The notes below the pieces were generated by a model. It searched no databases and had not been told where the DNA came from. It saw nothing but the letters and a program-made list of their open reading frames with translations. From the NCBI RefSeq assembly GCF_009914755.1, contig NC_060934.1: a DNA stretch of 64,000 bases. One strand, written 5' to 3'. Both the position numbers and the translations under genes were made by a program. Of this stretch, positions 62,611 to 64,000 are shown piece by piece. This DNA comes from the human T2T-CHM13v2.0 reference genome, Homo sapiens. Position 1 is the stretch's first letter, and each line of letters begins with the position of its first letter.

Positions 62611-63534
62611 AGAATTTAGACATAAGGTTTCCAAAAAAGGCTTGGTAGGGATCCCCTAGTTCTGCTGTGAAGTGCCCACTGTGACATTATCCTTTGTTTC
62701 CACTTCCCTCTGCCCCCATATGGGGTTTTAATTAATTAATGGAAGGTCAGATGGCAAATGATTTGCTTTCTGATGGGATTTTGATATGCATTGTTGAGAG
62801 CAATTACATATGCACATTTTGGAGACAGCAGCTTCCTGACTGTACTCATTTACATGGCTAATCACCATGAGCAGCACTTGTCAGGCAGCTCTATCTGTAG
62901 GGGTAGGACAGGCACGGGGAGAAGCCAACAAGGACATAACACAAAACACTCACGTTATACTCTTTCAAACTGAAACGCTCAATGGCACATTTTAGATGAA
63001 GCCAAGTGACTTGTTATTACTATTACCAATGTCCTTTTAATTGAGGCTTCAGATGACCATAGAACTCGGTGACCTTAAAGAGATGAGCTCACGTCAAAAG
63101 GGACAATTTTTGATATATTTCTTTACAGTGTGAAAGGGTCAATGAACTGGCATTTGCCAATAAAAGGCAAAGCTCTTTTTGCATCTCTATAATTCTTAAT
63201 AAAATTTGAGACCAAATGAGAAAACTTTGTCTTTTCTATTTCCGTTTCTCTGATTGTGAAATAAATTAGTAAGTGAAAAGAGAAATAACTTCTATTTTAT
63301 TAAGGTTTTTTTGTAGTTTTATTGCAATAGACATAGCTAAGGCATCAGTATTAGAGGCTTGTGTTGGTGACTTTTATTTTTAATCTTTGGTGATTCAACG
63401 TTTGCATTTAGATTTCTGAAAAAGACTACTGTGTGAGTAATCTGGTATTGTACAGTACACTGATTATCTGAAAACAAAAACCTGCCATTTGTAAGCATTT
63501 CCTTTTTCTCTAGACATATCGTGCAGAATCTGCC

Positions 63535-63770
63535 ATGAACGCAGGCTCTAGAATCAAATATTGTTAGGCTCTTACCTTAGTGCAGCCTTATACCACCTGA
63601 AAGATGCTGGGTAAATTGACGTAAACTTCTTGAGACTCAGAATTTTCTTCTGCACAATGGGATGATAATGGAATCCAAGTCACAGGGTATTAATGAGGAT
63701 TAAGTGAGGTGAAGTGAGTGAAGCCTTGGCAAGATACATAGCCCATTCTAGCAACTCAGTAAATGCTATG
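63535..63770 (+). mobile_element. MIR
   Basis: ggctctagaatcaaa...ctgggtaaatt...tctgcacaatgggatgataat...gaggattaagtgag. Confidence 0.7.
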
Positions 63771-64000
63771 AAATATAATATGACTGGTAATGTAGAGCTT
63801 TATTCAGCTTTTCAGACTGTACCTGATATTTCAAACCCTCATAATTGCGCTGACTCTGAGTTCATCACTGAGAAATGGCCAACTTTGGTTATAAGTATGG
63901 AAGTTCTTATAAGTACTATTTCTCTAACACTTACTAAGCTGTCAGTGCATGGTCATAGGTGATATTTGTAGTAAATGCCATGTAGAAATTTCATTTGGTG

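Overview
Primate (almost certainly human) genomic DNA, intronic or intergenic in character. It is dominated by transposable elements: about 26 Alu/FLAM copies, young and old L1s, L2, MIR, solo LTRs and MER/Tigger DNA transposon remnants. I see no credible protein-coding gene, no CpG island and no functional RNA gene. The long ORFs are L1 ORF2 fragments, Alu read-throughs or low-complexity sequence. The only RNA-gene-derived feature is a 38-nt tailless U2 snRNA retropseudogene. I cannot support a new 'biological system'. What is unusual is how many non-standard insertion events can be reconstructed from the sequence: three twin-primed (inverted) L1s, two carrying 3' transductions; a ~195-bp copy of an L1 3'-end/flank junction pasted into the body of the same L1; a ~225-bp non-TE direct duplication with flanking short repeats; a young L1 internal fragment with no tail or TSD; and an ERV1 LTR that looks L1-retroposed. 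There are also a few candidate + strand exons. Subfamily calls come from recalled consensus sequences and need RepeatMasker/Dfam confirmation. Boundaries of old elements are approximate.
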